64,000 nt of DNA, taken from contig CM120643.1 of the NCBI GenBank assembly GCA_051362555.1, positions 15,846,644 through 15,910,643 of the forward strand, written 5' to 3'. Source of the stretch: Lingula anatina (taxonomy: Eukaryota > Animalia > Brachiopoda). Each line of letters starts with the position of its first letter. The first letter of the stretch is position 1. The notes below the pieces were generated by a model. That model was not told the origin of the DNA. It saw nothing but the letters and a program-made list of their open reading frames with translations, and searched no databases. Shown here piece by piece: positions 14,545 through 30,168 of the stretch. The position numbers and the translations under genes were made by a program.

Positions 14545-17500
14545 ACAAACTTATCCTACAATCTAAAACAACAAATGCATTGATCTTCAAGCCTCTTTTC
14601 TTTTTATTCAGAAGGGCGGAAAACGCTATCGAGGATCATTTACCTTGAATTTAAGTCCGAAAAACATAATTACAATGCAGGTAAGGCAGATGTTGCTGGG
14701 GTAGTCATTTCTTTTTTTTTATTACCAGTGATAAGTGGGCGTTACTTCTTCCAGTAAAGTGCCATAGTCAACATCGATATCGACATTTTTATGAATTTAG
14801 AAAATAGTGTATTAAATGAAAACATTAAAGAATGAATTTACCAAAAACAGGACAAGTTTTTCATCTTTAATTTTAATCTGCGACATTAAATCCTGAAAAT
14901 TGGAATGTTCAATCTTTTAAAGTATATTGGTTATTTTGCTTTCATATTTGTTTTCGATTATATTTGGAGATGAGGTATTTTGTTGTCATATTTTCTGAAT
15001 AGAGCGCGATTTCTGTTATTAATTAATTGATTCATTTATAAATTCACCTATCTAAGATGAATATATTGCTAAAAACGATAATCGTTAAAAATATTAAAAG
15101 TGTGAAAAAAATAAGGCAGATTCTTTCAAAAAAAAAAAAAAAAAAAAAAAATGCAAAAGCATCTGGGTCTCTGCCCCGAGATACGAAAGGTTAAAGCCAG
15201 ATTGCCAAATGCAACAAACTCCTCCCAAATAATTCTTAGTGTTATTTAATCAATTTTAAAATAATCTATTTGGTAAAATATATTTTATTCCTACCTCAAA
15301 TATTTAGAGATAATTTTTTTTCTGAAACCAAAAGTAAAGTTTTATAAATTTAGGGTCTGTCCAAGGGTAACTTTTATCTGGTCGCTCCCTAAAGACTAAA
15401 AAGTAGAATAATATTTCTATCGCGGCTATACTAGCAGTGGTGACGCCGAAATCTGTACTGTTGGCTGAACGCTGAGTAGCACTAAATGAAAGCTGAGCAT
15501 TTCGAGGCAAGCGTAAGGAGCGCACACGCTGCGGGAGGTGATATCTACAATGCATCAACAACCTGGATGCGCCACTGGGTCGTCATTAGCCGTCACGCTC
15601 CAAAGGCCAGTCTTTAAATCAGAAACAATCATAATCTAGGGAGAAATGTAGCAATTTTTCAATTTCTATAATGGTCTGATGACGGCTTGGTGTGTGGCAC
15701 TTAATTTAGTAAAAGCTGTCATTTTCTCTTCGGGTCGGTCGTATAACGAAAATTCGATTTTTTTTGTTCTTTTTATTTGCATTTTAGCCCTTGCTCTCCG
15801 TTTGTTTGTTTTCTGCTTTAACAAGAGAAGCATATGAGAAGGCGTATCTTGTTCCCCCCTAATGTGCCTTCGCTAACCAATCAGCGATTAGCTTCAGATT
15901 TGCGTCATCGAGTGATTTCTCTGCTGTGGTAGATCAGTCAGAGCAGACTTGCTTTATCGCTGGTTTTCATTAATATACTGCTGCTTCAAACAAACGTTAG
16001 ATAACTATCGGTTTTCGTTACGAATCGTAGTCTGTGACCTTTTTAATTATATCAGTTCGTGTGATGTCGTTTGCAAAATTAATGCTTGTTATAACACAAT
16101 AATCACGGAAAATGAGAGAGGCAAGTTTTTTAAGAAGAGAAAGGGTAAATGTTCAATGCTAACAAGGCAAAAAAAACTTATAATTATAAATTTCTTTGTC
16201 GTGCATCAGTGAAATAAAACACAAATCAAAACACCTTTTCGAAAAAATCAACTAAATTTAAAAAAAATGGAATATGGATATATAAAACTGCGAGCGTATT
16301 TCCGTGGGATGAGGAGATTGAGAAAGTATCTCTTGAGTAAAAGGTTATCTACATAAAAACAAAAGTGTTGTCTTATTTATCGAAAATCCGCCAATTCGAC
16401 AAAAGAGGTCTCAAAAATATCGTATTTAAATGCAAGCGTGCTATAAAAAGTTGCAATACCGGGTCCAGCATGTCTCTGTGAAATTTATCGTTTGGAAGTA
16501 CATGCAGAAATGAAAAGAAAACGTTGCAATGTGTGTCAAGTAGAATAAAGTAATGGCAAAGATCGCACTGATGAGACCTGGCGATACCAGATTCAATGAT
16601 GATACCCTGTTGCGTTAGAATGCTGTAGGATGCTGCATTAGAGCACCAGAAAGTGTCGTTAGTACAGGATTAATGTGAGACGACTTACTAAATTAACATG
16701 ATTCATTACCAACATTTATAATGTGGACAAAATACGGACTGATGCGCCGTCGCTCATTTGAACAATACCCTACATGAGAAAATTCGACGCAGTCATAAAC
16801 TTCGCCAAAATGCCATGTATCATGTTAGTAAGGGCGGAGAAGACCCACACTACATAGGGCACAGTGGTGTAGAACACGGGAATAGTATGTCCCCTAAACT
16901 CGGCATTGTAACTTAATTAAAGAGTAAGGCAATAATCGCTAGAGATTTTATCGAGAAAATCTAAGATAACCTTCAAAGATGCGGTCTTAATGAGGTCCGA
17001 CTCAGACGGTCTGGCGCCAGAGATTAAATGTATTTCCTTCGCGCGTCCTTAACAGGTAGATGAAAGGCTGTGACGAGGATAAAGGGGGTTGACATAGCCC
17101 TCATTAAGGTAATTTGTACATTACATGACGGTTAGGACAAACTGTTGCTGATAAAAGAGGCACGATTTCAGACGCGGTAGTCATCAAAATAAGAATTACC
17201 TGCACATAATGCAAACTAGTGCATGATCATGGCAAAGTCTTAAAAAGTACGCATTTTAATACCCTCAAGAAAAAATTATGATAAAAGCAATCGATGTTTC
17301 AAGGATATTACGTATGGAATGCATGCATGTTAAAAGAAAGGGTCGCCACCATATACTATATTTGTAATCTCTAGTCAAGTGACCTTAGATGCACTATGTT
17401 GGTTTTCACCAGTTCTTTCCGATTTGTCGACCTTCCGCATTTTTGTTGTATTTGTTGTTTTGTTATATGTCTCCTCTCTGTCTCTCTCTCTCTTTCTCTC

Positions 17501-18059
17501 CATCATTGCCATCTCTATTTGTTGTATTTCGATTTTTGATCCTTTGTTATTTATTTCATCTTCATGAATATCACTTATCGCCTTCGACACATCCGTCTCA
17601 GACGGGAATAAGCTTTTGTACATTGTTATTTTATCACATTTGAGACTAAAAAATGCTTATCCAACTTTTTATTAGTGTTACCATCAATCAACGAAAACTT
17701 TGAGTTATCCTTGTCAAGACGACGTGCACAAAACTAACAAAATAAGTTGTCACGTGACATGATTGTACACTGTATGCTGTAGTTGTTCAAATTTCACGCC
17801 CGCAGTCCAATTTTCAGTGATTGTTTTGGATTCCACGCCCACCGGGCTAAAATTGAACGTGTTTACTATGTTTGACGTTAACGTCTTACTGGTTCTCAGC
17901 CCTTCTCTCAGACCGAATACTTTATTTTTCACCAACTAAAACATACCGGACCGCACATAGTTTTATCCATTTTTTTCACTCTCAGCAATAAAAAGATTAA
18001 ATGATAGAAACGTACATCTTGTTCAGATTTGCTCTGTTAAATACGTATTATAGAAAAAA

Positions 18060-18060
<1 letters not shown>

Positions 18061-18090
<30 letters not shown>

Positions 18091-18097
18091 CACACAC
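18061..18097. repeat. (CA)n microsatellite
   Basis: Seen directly. Confidence 0.95.
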
Positions 18098-21000
18098 AAA
18101 ATGATAATAATTATAAACAGAAGGCTAGAGAATGCACTTGCTTTCTACAGCCTACGGTCAGTTTTAGCATTTCTGATTTTTAAACTACATATAATGATCA
18201 AAACTTGTTATAATAGTCTATCCACATTGTCTTAACCTACGAAAGAAAGCTGCACCATCTACTAAAAATGCTTGATAAATAAAATCACGCTCACTTTGCC
18301 CTCAAAGACTTCTTGTTATTTTACACCTAATTGTAATAAAACACTTTTGATAGCGTGTATTCTACCCAAAACTTGCTCTCACAGCCGCTGAATAAGTCAA
18401 CGACTGAAGGGCACGACACAAAAACCCACTGCAATTTCACCTACCTGACTACGGCCGAGATGGACGTGACGGTCCGTCATCATTTCGAATTACTCGGCGT
18501 TTCAGAATTTTTCTCTGTAACACAAATGGAGAAGAGTCGAATTCAGCAGTAAATTAATTTCAGCTTACCATGCCACTTAATTCTTCAAATCAGTTCAAGC
18601 TATGATCAATATATCGTACACTGCGCAGAGCTAAACGAGACCTCAATTATACACGTGAGCTACAAGCTAGTGGGAGTGGCTTCTCATATCATGGGTGTCA
18701 AAGGGACGCATTTGATGTTCTATGCGTTGTTTTATTATATGGTATTGTAATTACAAGCCGTGTAAAATGTACAGTTACAAGACGGGCGCCGGGTGGTAAT
18801 AAAAACCGTTTATAGCAAAGACCATGTTGAAACCTCACGAAGATGCTGGTTGGGACTAAGGCTTACTGATAGGACGTGGTAAAGGACACTACAGCCATAT
18901 TGGTGTTTTGGCAACGTTAGCCTATATTCTGTAATGATTTTTAAAGAACAATAACAGATCTATAAGACGAATTAAAATATATTTGTCTATCAAAAGAGCT
19001 AGACAGCTGATTTTTCCTCATAATGATATTAGCGAGGGTATATTTAATTCAGCATGTATTATGCAAAAATATCAGCATCTTTATTTACAACGAGCGGACT
19101 GTCTGCGTTTCTAGGCAACTTAAATGAAAAGAAGAAAAATCCTTGTTACCTTGAATTTTTTTATGAAATTAATATTTGATTTTATTATTATTATTATTAT
19201 TATTCCAGAACTCCCTTGAGGGTTTACCTTTAAGAGAGAAGGGTGAAATTTTGTACGCCGGGAAAGTTTAGAATGCAATACAAAAGCGACACATAGTATT
19301 TCTTTCTGATCTCACTCCTCCATATCCTGCGGAATCTCACTTGGTTTTTATCTAAGTCACGATATCATGGGCTATTACTATTGCATGGATTGCCTAAGGT
19401 GTCTTTAGTCTTTTTAACTACAAAACCTCTTCACCTTCTACTGCTGTGAACAGTAATTGGCGTTCAACATTTTATTTTGGAGATTCAAGACGGAAATGCT
19501 TTTCATCTTCAACTGATGTGGACATTTTCAGCCTTCTAGGGGCCTTCAGCGTACCAGTCCTTTCTCTTTCTACTTGTAAATTGAGGTCTCTCATTTTAGA
19601 AATTGGTCTTTTGTTCATAATGCAAAACCGTCTTAAAGGTAATTTTGGTTCATGGAATACCTGCTGGATTAAACTTTAATGTTTTCATTTAAATTGTCTA
19701 TGTTCAAGGTCTTGTTGTATCTTTTTAAAATATAATGAAGTCATTATCTCTGCTAAAACTTACACAATTACGCGAAGTGAAAATGCCAAAGAAAATGCAT
19801 TTATCTGTCCATTTGGTGACAGATTTGCAATTTAAGGATATCTAGCACTTAGAAAAATAATGACCGGTTAGCATTGGAAAATTGTCGATGGCGTTTATAA
19901 ACCTCTTTTATCCACTAATACCGCGAACGCTAGATCTCATGTTTCATTTTTGTTACAACTAGTGCAAACAGATTGTTTTAAACTTAACGTAACTGATTCG
20001 AAGTCAAAGTTTGTCAATTATTAAAAATTTTTGTTACGCAAATGTCTTCTAGCCCTGTAACTTGTACATAAATTGATTTACTATTATTTTTTAAAGAATA
20101 TTAATAATCAGATTTCACTTACAATTTTAAATGTTCGTTTCCAAGATGAAATCCTCTTATTGGAAATTCGATATGTGTCATACAAAGAAAATTTTATTTA
20201 CATCATAACAGCAATATTTGAAATCATGTAACCTTATGTAGGTCGATCAAGTACAATTATTTTGTAGAGGCTCACTCTAGGACCATCTCATCTTTGTGGT
20301 TTAGATCCATTGCGTGTAAGGAAAATCAAAACAGACTGTTTTATCCAGTAATTACACTACGGGCATCCGTTAACAGGATAGTGAATAATGGATGGACATG
20401 TAAGTCATTAAAAACCAACAATTGGAAAATTATACCACTATCAATAGCTTTGAAGAGTTGAGCTTATTTCAGATGGCGGTCTACCAGCATTCAGAGTGCG
20501 TTTTCTGGAGGATTCCTTTCTTCCGTGAACCTCTTAATAACAACGATTAAAATCTGATTTGTAAAGCATAGAATTTGATGCTACTGTAGGTAATTATTGT
20601 GAGTTTTTTCCTAACTTGAATTCAGAATCAGGTGTCAGTTAAACGAAGCACCTATTTCATCCACTTACAAAAGAAAATTAACAAACTAACTAAATAAATA
20701 TAAAAATACATTGTAATTTCATCTTCATAACACTCATTCTTATTTTCTAACTTTTTTAATGAATATCCAACTGTCAAGTCTGATTTTAATGTACGTTTTG
20801 GTAAGAGCTTTTTCAGACCGATGTTGGATTTAACTAAGTCCTGATTTAAAGCCAGTGCTAGTCCAAATGTACTGCTCAGATTTAGACAGCTTTAAATATA
20901 ACTTTAACCGTAGGTGTGAACGTGGATCGATCAGCGATGCTGGCAGTATATTAAAACAATTGGAATAGCCTACTAAATACCTCTCATTTTCTTTATTGAA

Positions 21001-22952
21001 ATGTATGATAAATCATAAGTCAATTGTCCTCAGCCCAAGGCAACGCTTTCAATTGTGGGTTTCCCTTCAATGCGTAACCCTATTATATAAAACGACTGCT
21101 CCACGATTCAGGGACAGCTAGCTTCCTATGGGAGAACCCGGGTCATCCATCAAACCCAAGCTATCCCCATGGCTGCATCCTAACTGCATTTCTAGCCTAT
21201 CAGTTCTCTCTGGTGATGACATCCATTTTTATCGGGTATCGGATGACTCTGTCGCATTAAAAATGACGTTGAAGTAAAAAGTAGGGGATGATCCCAAATC
21301 GAAGTCTATTGTGACGTCATGCAGTCATCCTTATTGTAATCAAGTCAGGTTTTATTATTCCGCAAAATGGTTAATTTGGTGTCTGTATTTTGACGAACTT
21401 TTGTATCGGAACATTTACATGGGCAATGCATTTTATTTCCAGTCACATTCTTGTTATACATACCCGCAGCTTAAATTACCGCGATCCGAATCTATTCACA
21501 ACAAAGAGGAAATTTGACTGCATTACCTCATACGTCTACTTGTCGTGTTTTCGCCATATTTCGGTTGAAAGATGGACACAGACACTTTGTATCTATGTAT
21601 TTCTTTATTTGAAAGTCGTTTAGTATGACGACCAAGTCATCAAATATGTCCTTGCACAAAGTGATTCACAATATTTGTGAGAGCTCCAGTAGTTCGAGGT
21701 TTTTGCGGTTTGGTCTTTTAAAGATCATTCATAGATGGGCTTTTGAATCATAGCAAATTATTCGCGGGAACTTGTTTCGCACATGTCAAAATAGCAGATA
21801 GAGCACTGACACGCCCCCCCCCCCACACACACACACAGGTATTACGTAACCAAGGCCTGCTGGGAATTAACGGGGAAGAAATGTTGCAGTCATTGTCACT
21901 GTACAAAGTACATGTAGGCCTACAGTTCCGAGCAGAACACTCTGTTACAAAATTATTACAAAATGTAGAATAGAAAGACATAATTGAGTTAACGCTGGGT
22001 GAAAGTTTTAAAAGTATGTTGTGGCATTTTTACAAATATTTTCAATTTTTATCCTCAATCTGTAATTTAAAGTTCTTTAATTTATAAGTCCACATTGGTA
22101 TTAATAATTTCAAGTTTGGAGAAATTTAATGTAGAAGAAAACATTTCTTTGAAATGTGAGATAGTATTTTACACATTAATTGGCTTCGACCATTTTAAAT
22201 GAAATTAGCTGATTTTAACTTGCTAAATGCAAATCATTAAATTTCAAGTCAAAAAAGGTGTTATCTGATGTTTGTAAGAGTGGGTTTAACGTTTTCAAAC
22301 TACTCCCAGGTTTCTTCAAGAAAAGTCATATTTTTGCAAAGAAAGAGAGAAAATATCTAAATTCAACAAACACTCGTATCTTCAATCCAGCCATTTTGAC
22401 ATACAAATATAAATCAAAATGTGAAAAATGGCCCGGTAACTGGAAATGACTCCTCATCACAATGGCGACCGTGTAATATTATGACACCCGTACTCCCGGG
22501 AACTGTCTTTCAATGTGCCAACAATTTATTGTTAACATAATTGGAACTTTTGGTTCGCAGTTTAATTTTACGCTGAGGCAGGTGTTAAGTTCGGCTCGTA
22601 ATGACACGTTTATTAAAAGAAGTGGGAAAAGTTCAACATTTCTAATTGTATAAGGCGAAGGTCGGGGAGAAAAAAATGATGGTTTACCTATAAAAATATA
22701 GTTAGAGATAACTATCTATGTTACTGTCCCTGGATTCTTTGTATCCTTTTCTATCCTCAAATTTAATGTAAAATTAGAGGGGAAGGTTTTTTCTTCCACT
22801 TTTTGTAATTGATTTGTCACACATTAGTACGGAAATTAGTATAGAACCGTTGGTTTCTATATTATTAGAAAAAAAATCAATTATCAAACCAAATTGTATG
22901 CCAGACCTACCAGTATGAGGGGAATATTATGTTTGTGCGTTTTAGTTGCTTA

Positions 22953-22985
<33 letters not shown>

Positions 22986-23265
22986 CTGAAATAATGGAGA
23001 GACAAAACGGGCAAAAGAGTCAGCTGTACATGCACAATATTTCATTCTGTCGCTGTTCAGACATAGCGGTTTATCTTTCGCAGACGCTGGTGTCATTTAT
23101 ACTTTTGTTTGTGTTCTTATTGTTTCTATTAGTATATTCACTCTATTATGACCGTAACGGTACATATATCTTTTCCATCTTTTCATGTTTTAAACTGCCC
23201 TTTTATTGTACTCCATTGTAATGTTGTTATTAATGAAGCACTGGATGAATTACCAAGACCGGTTT

Positions 23266-23269
<4 letters not shown>

Positions 23270-23302
<33 letters not shown>
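23270..23302. repeat. (CT)n microsatellite
   Basis: Seen directly. Confidence 0.95.
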
Positions 23303-23306
<4 letters not shown>

Positions 23307-23529
23307 CATTGCATTCGCCATTTCCTGACAACATTGATTATTTCCCCTCACGGGGACACTTGGCTACATCTTCATTAATGACAGGCCCACATCATCCCAG
23401 TTCTCTGAATTAACGGTTGTTCAATTGGTCAGGATAAGTGACCAAAGCTTGGCCAGGGTATCTGCCTGGAGGTCCTATCTCCACAAGGACTTCGCTGCCA
23501 AGTGGCTCCATCCAGGGACCACAGTAACC

Positions 23530-23953
23530 TGTGTCCTGCCAAAATATGTACTTTGCCAAAAAGTGTACGTTTCGGATGTTTATTCTACTGATGACTGTCA
23601 AGTAAAATGGCGTTTCAAACTTAAAGGGAACGCCAAAATAACCAAAATAATTATTTGAAGTTTAAAGCACAACTGTGAAGGATAACTTAGAAGGTAAAAT
23701 TTTGATGACAAAATGTTAAGTGTGGAATCGACCACTTGCATTACCGCTTATTTGGCGAGCGTAACATTAATACCATTTTCATCCCACCCCTCGTTTTTAT
23801 TTTGCCGTAACAGTTATATCTAAAATTCATATATGGATTAAATAGGTTTTGAAATGAAATTTTGCTGAGTAAACTCAAAATATGCTGCTTTTTAATCTGG
23901 ATAATCACCAGACGTACCTATTTTGGCAGACGTACCTGTTTTGGCATGACACA
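23530..23953. mobile_element. Degenerate MITE with ~45-bp imperfect TIRs (TGT...ACA ends)
   Basis: Left end tgtgtcctgccaaaatatgtactttgccaaaaagtgtacgt matches the reverse complement of the right end, tgtgtcatgccaaaacaggtacgtctgccaaaataggtacgt. No clear TSD. Confidence 0.65.
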
Positions 23954-26900
23954 TGCCCGCATTAATTCCATTAATGACACCACGTGACATTCGGAATTCA
24001 TCTTTGATTCTGATTGGTCGTTTTTAATTACTGCAGATCTGTTTCATTTCCATGTACAAATACCCCCGGGCCCGGGTTCATTTTGTTATTACCTGACAGT
24101 CCTTTCATCACTGATTTTATATATAGACTCAACTACCATTACATCTACTAAGCATTACGCTCAGAACATTTTGTAACCAATTTAAGTGTAAGAGCTAAAA
24201 TGCCCTTCCCTTTAATATGATTATTTCTCTTTTCAAAAACACAAAAAGACAAAACAAACATCATACTTAAACTTGAGTGACATTTACATTTATAAGATAA
24301 AGCGTGGTTTTCACTTAGTTGGCTGCTTAAATGTTTAAAAAAATCATAATAGCGATCAATTACACTTATGTTAAGTGTCCATTATTTTAGGTCACGTCAA
24401 CTCACCACAACACTTTTCTCTTTTACTTAAGATTTACTTTACTTTACTTCATTGCACTTACGGTTTGTGCGAAATTAAAACTTTTAATGGCAAAAAGACG
24501 GCACAAAAATCGAAGTATTTGGTATAAAATTCTTTATTTTTCTTTACACTATAATGGGAAAATTTACTTTTTCATATTTATTTCAAAATTTATTTCTTGT
24601 TTGAATTTTCATCTCAAGACAAACTTCACGGAAAACTTAACCACGGTCGAATTTAAATCAACATGGGAGCAAAGATTTTCCCACTTCATATTTTAAGATG
24701 TGACGATATCAAGAATTCTCTTTGCCTACAATGTAAGGTAAGATCAACATGCGAGGGTACCGTGATTGCTAAGGGAGGGTGCAGAATCCCATCTCTTTCT
24801 GTACATGCTATAGAAAAGTTTATTCTCCTCAACTTTATGGCAACTTAAAGATTAACAGACACCAGCATGAATTATTCTGTCGTCTTTTAACCGTAAAATG
24901 TTTGTATTTCTAACAGTAAGGTGTCGTTCACGTGATTTACGCACGAAAATAGTTTCACCGATCTCCACTCTAACGATATCTTCACTGATAATATGCTCTA
25001 ATATTTGAAGAGACAACCTACTTTTTCCTTGGCAAATTATACTGAACTGTAACATATGTTCGTAACGTTTCCGAATCGCTCATAAACGCGATATTAATAA
25101 AGATATTTCTTTTATTATTTTTTGTATGCAAGTAGCCCTTTTGGGAAATAAACAATTTCAAAGGACTAATTATAAACGAACAGGAAAATTTTAAGATAAT
25201 AAAACCCCCCCTTGTACGGCCCCCTTTATAGTCGGCGATATGTCGAAATATTCACCAAACCCCCTCTGATAGATAATATACGGTAATCATCTTAAATTTT
25301 ACAGGTTTGGAGAAAGGACAAAATCCGTGCTGTCGCTATATATAATAGGCATAACCCTAAACCTTATAACTGAGATGAGATGTGTGATAATAAGATAAAT
25401 GTAATTTGTTATCAAAGCATAAATATTAAAATTGACAGACACAATTGTTTTTGTACGTCATTTTGATTGTATTTTATTCTACGAGGATGAGTTTGTCCAT
25501 GTATTAATTAACACAAATGTCAATAATATCTAAGTTAAGATTTTACTATTGTACATCTTTATTTGGGTTTTCGAATATATGACAAACGTAGTGTTTTAAT
25601 ATTCTTGCAAAGAAATTTGGTAATGCTTGTCTGTCTTTAAAATATTTTATCCTTACAAGATATTTTATTATCATATATTATGGCATTTAGTATGCTATCT
25701 TAATTGTTTGTCAGTTTTCTCAACAGAGAAATAGCATAAATCTCTCCACTAATTTATTACTGCGCAAAACAGTAGACATTCTTTTTTATTTACACCTTCA
25801 AGATGTGAAGCGGTCCCGTTAATTCAACAATCAAAATATAACTGATACTGGCAAAGATATACTTTCAGATAAACACCTAAACATTTTAATAATTGTACCC
25901 GTCAAAAAACCAGGCACCCCGCGGTACAGGTAAGTAATTTGGGGCGATAAGAGAAAGGATAAATCGCATATCATAAATCACAAATAGATGCTGAATAACA
26001 CAGTGACACCCTCTTCCCCAACGCGTTGAATTATCCCATCTGACCTCTACTAAGATGGTATCGTTAGAAACTTAAAAGATGTAACGAGAGCGAGCATCTT
26101 CTTAGCCAGTAAGTCACTCGAGATAACATCAATGGAAAGGGGTGATTTATCTTGATAATTTCGCAAAGGAGGTGCGTAGCATCTTCGTAACTACCCCTCG
26201 ACAGCACTAAACCCTGCTTACATGTTTGAAAATACAATGAAGTGTGTAGCCGGGAATGTGTTCCAACGGCTATGAAACATCAGCTTGTGATTAATTTTGT
26301 CTCATTTACATTGTTTTTTTTTCTGAATGACAGCTGATGGAAAAGAATGCGGCATAACGAAGCTGTCAGATGGTGGAATTTTTTTATGTCTCAAAATCTT
26401 CCCATAGCACGTATAAGGCGTTCGTGATTTTCACTTTGTAGCTCAGGTGTGCTCGCTCAGGCATTTTGTGAACAGTTGCTTAGAAAATAATGTGCAATTA
26501 AATCAGGTATTATACCAGGCTGCGTGGACATAGTGGATGCATTATACTGCCTTAGACCCCCCCCCTTGTAGAAATAAGGAACAACATAAGGCAAAAAAAA
26601 AGGTTTCATAGTCTCAAAATGTCTTCGCACCTATTCAACAGCAGGTGACGAAATAAACAAGAGACTGTTTTGATTGAGAAGCATTTTAATGGGTGAGGTT
26701 TGCTTTAGGAATATTGCACATTGCATCTGGGAGTTAATTTTATGTTTCTGTTTATACTATATACGGCATTTGTCCGTGTTTCCAGAATTTTAAGAACGCT
26801 TACATTATAAATTTTCATTTAGTTAAAGCCCCCCCCCCCCCACACACACACACTTCTCTCACTCTCCAATTCACCACATATCTTATCACAACCTAACGAT

Positions 26901-29900
26901 GGCTGAACTACGAATTATTCAACAACTTTAGGAATTAGAAAATTTTGTGCATGTAAAAAGCTAAGAAAGTTGTTGTCATTCAATACTCGTAAATGACTGC
27001 GAGGTAACCATACCCTTCCTTCTACATAAAATGTAATAATCACGCTGTATGTATATTACATCACAGCGGAAAGATTATCAGGCTTGTAGATTTCGCAATG
27101 TCGATTTCATCATGTTGCTTTCATGTCGATTTCACTGTCTTATAGCCCTCTACGATAGCGCGAGTGTTCGTCCCGAACAGGATAAGTTATAATTTGCGTG
27201 CAAGGGGCAGTTAATTCGTGCGATGACTCTTCTGCGTACCTCTTATTTGCTGAGGCATCGAAATGTAGTGCTGTGAAGAGGAGTATCGGGGAGGAGTGGA
27301 AAATGTCCATCGCTTTGATGAGCGCAAGCAGAGATGGCTCGATAACACGATGGAGCCTTTTGGTCAAGCGACCCACGTGATATTAGGGGAAATACTAAGA
27401 TCCATCTCGGCTGACCGTGAGAATATCGAAAGGCACACGCCACAATGAAGGGAACGGACAGCGGCTTTGTTAATAATGGGTCCCAATGAAGAAATGAAGG
27501 AGGGGGAAGGGAGGGGACTCTCAGAACGATTAAATCATTCCTCAGAATTCTGTCGCAAATTTTAGTTGTTTCTATGATCCGAAAAATTCAAATTTACGTC
27601 AGCCTTCCCCTTTAAGACTTCTACCTACGGATTCTAGATTTTAAAATGTTCAAGTTGTCTGTTTTTGACTTACTGTTATCCCTGACAATAATAACAACAT
27701 TCACAGACAGAACCTCACTTGGCACTGCGATGTTCTTGTGCATGTACAAAAAAAAAAAAAAAAAAAAAAAAAAACGGAAATGCGACTTGCACATCTCTTT
27801 TGCCTCTACCAAAAAAGTGTGCTTGAGTGAAATATTATCTGGGTGGGCAATTCTAAAAAAAATAATAATAATAAATAAATCTATCACTAGCCCACTAGAA
27901 TCGATCACCTTGTTTTTTAGGAACTCACGTGATCATCTACAGGGTGCGGGCACTGGATTTTTGACAACATCATGTGCTCTTATTAAAAATATACCCTTCA
28001 ACGAATTAATGCCTTAAACAAAAATTAAAAAGTGGCCCAGGGCATTACCATAACAAGTGATATCAACTTCCTTACGAACCGATTCTTCCATTAACACGCC
28101 ATGAAAAGTTTCGGGTTCCCTTATAACAATTAAAGAGATCGTTTTTCATTTGTATACATGTCATCTCAGATCATCTTATTAAAAAAGTAACAACCACCTA
28201 GTTCATATTGAAAGTTTTTAGATTTTTTCATTGTTAACCCTTCTCTGTATGGTATATTCATCTAAAGGCATGCTTGGTCGCCACGAGAAGCCAATATACC
28301 GTGAATGACATGCACCAGTTTGTTCTATCGACATCGTAATGTATAAAATCCACAATCTCACTTTTTATCAAAACAAAACAGATCGCTGTAATAACACCCA
28401 ATAATGCGGTGAACACATTTAGAATAACCTCCTGATCTCTACCCACCTGTCTGCCTCGGTCGAAAGTCTTCGCCAACTAATGGGTGGACACAGCTGAGCG
28501 ATTGTGCTTGTTGAGACAGCTGATTGCGACGGTTGTTCTTTCACGTCACACTGAGAAAAGGACTGTGAGAGAGGGTTCAGAGGGGGGCAGCGCAGGGGGC
28601 CGGGGCTTTTTCGTCTATATCCTAAATTTCTGTCCTTTAAAATAGCTTGGCAGTGCCAAGTGAGGGGCTCACGATGAGTGATAGGCTTTCTCAGGAATTC
28701 TGTAGCCCAAATGTAACGTTCCTGGTCATTTTTATGCTTCTTACTTTTCACCAAGGCATTCGATATTGTAATACACTGAGAAAGCTGTCTATAAACCTAG
28801 TTTTAAATTTCTTATTTTTGATCCACATTCATAATGGACATAGATACTGGCAAATTATAGTCTAGGCGGTAAAAATCGATATAAAGAAATTGAAAACAGT
28901 ATTAAATAATGTAAACTGCGTAACGGTTTTGAAAGGGGAATATTTTGACGAATAAGAGTAAATTTTCGCACCTCCACTCTTTTTCTGTATAAAGGTCGGA
29001 GGCACGTGTTACGCCTTTAAAAATATCCAAGTTCTAAGGAATTAAATCAAGTTGAATTTCTAGTCGGATAAGGTGGAACATTGTGCTTCACATTTATTTC
29101 TATCTATCTGGGGGGGGGGGGGGGGGGCGCTGAAGTTAGTTCCTTGTGTCTAGTTTCCTGTTTCGTTTTTCAAAAACGAGCCTGGCAACCAGAAACTATT
29201 GTCGTTTTTTTTAAACGCACCTGGCAACTAGAAACTAGTTTCGTTTTTCAAAAACGATTCTGAGCAACCAAAATCGTTTTTGGGGAAGGAAAGAAGAGTA
29301 GATGGAGGAAGGGGTGACCAGAGATTAACGTCTACCGCGACAAAGACCTGTACCGTGGAAGCCGTGCAGGGTGTTACGGTCTCTTTTCTCCGAAATAAAA
29401 ATTAATTTGATATTTCAGTAGTAGAATGGAAATTTTTGTTACGTTTATGATAAGAAAACTGTTCCTATAGTTGGCTACAAAAAATACCCAGGATTGGGAT
29501 CATTTATATGCCGTTTAGGACTTATAATACAAAACAGAAGTGTCGTAAAACAAAAACGGGAAATAGACTTCATTTAGATATCGTTTATTCATTAAAATGT
29601 TTCTGTAGAATGGGAATTATTAGAGCCTTTGCATTCCGTACTTTCACAATCACTTGAGCTGTCTCAAAGCGCAATTTTTGGGAGGTAAAGAGTATTCTGA
29701 AAGGATTCAACGGATTTTTAGACCGTCATCTTTTGTCGATTTCGCTCAAAAAGATAGTGAACAGTTAATAATTCTTAAACAAAATCTATAGATTTTTTAA
29801 AATTAGATTTATTATCTTATCTAGTCCATTCCTACAGTTTGGTCAGTTGTTTATTTACAATGTAACGGAATTACATGTATAGATTAAAAATGTTATTTCT

Positions 29901-30168
29901 AAGTATTTTGTTCCTTTAAACGCTACTTTCGATATTCTACCAAAGTGTATGTAAACACGTCGTTTGGTTTGAATTTTTAAAGTGAGAAACGTGACTAAAA
30001 TATGCAGAGGAGCGTTCTAATAAAAGTTGTTGTATGTTCTTATACATTTAATTTTTTTCAGGAGCAAGGGGTGATTGAGAAAGACAAGCTTGATTAGATA
30101 TCAGTCCTGCATGCCCATGTTGTGTTATTTGTGCTTAGTGTCATCACTTAAAACCGAGAACCAGAGTT

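Noticed and set aside
16569-16600. CTGATGA followed by a small stem as a hammerhead ribozyme
   Set aside because: No GAAA after the stem and no stems I/III.
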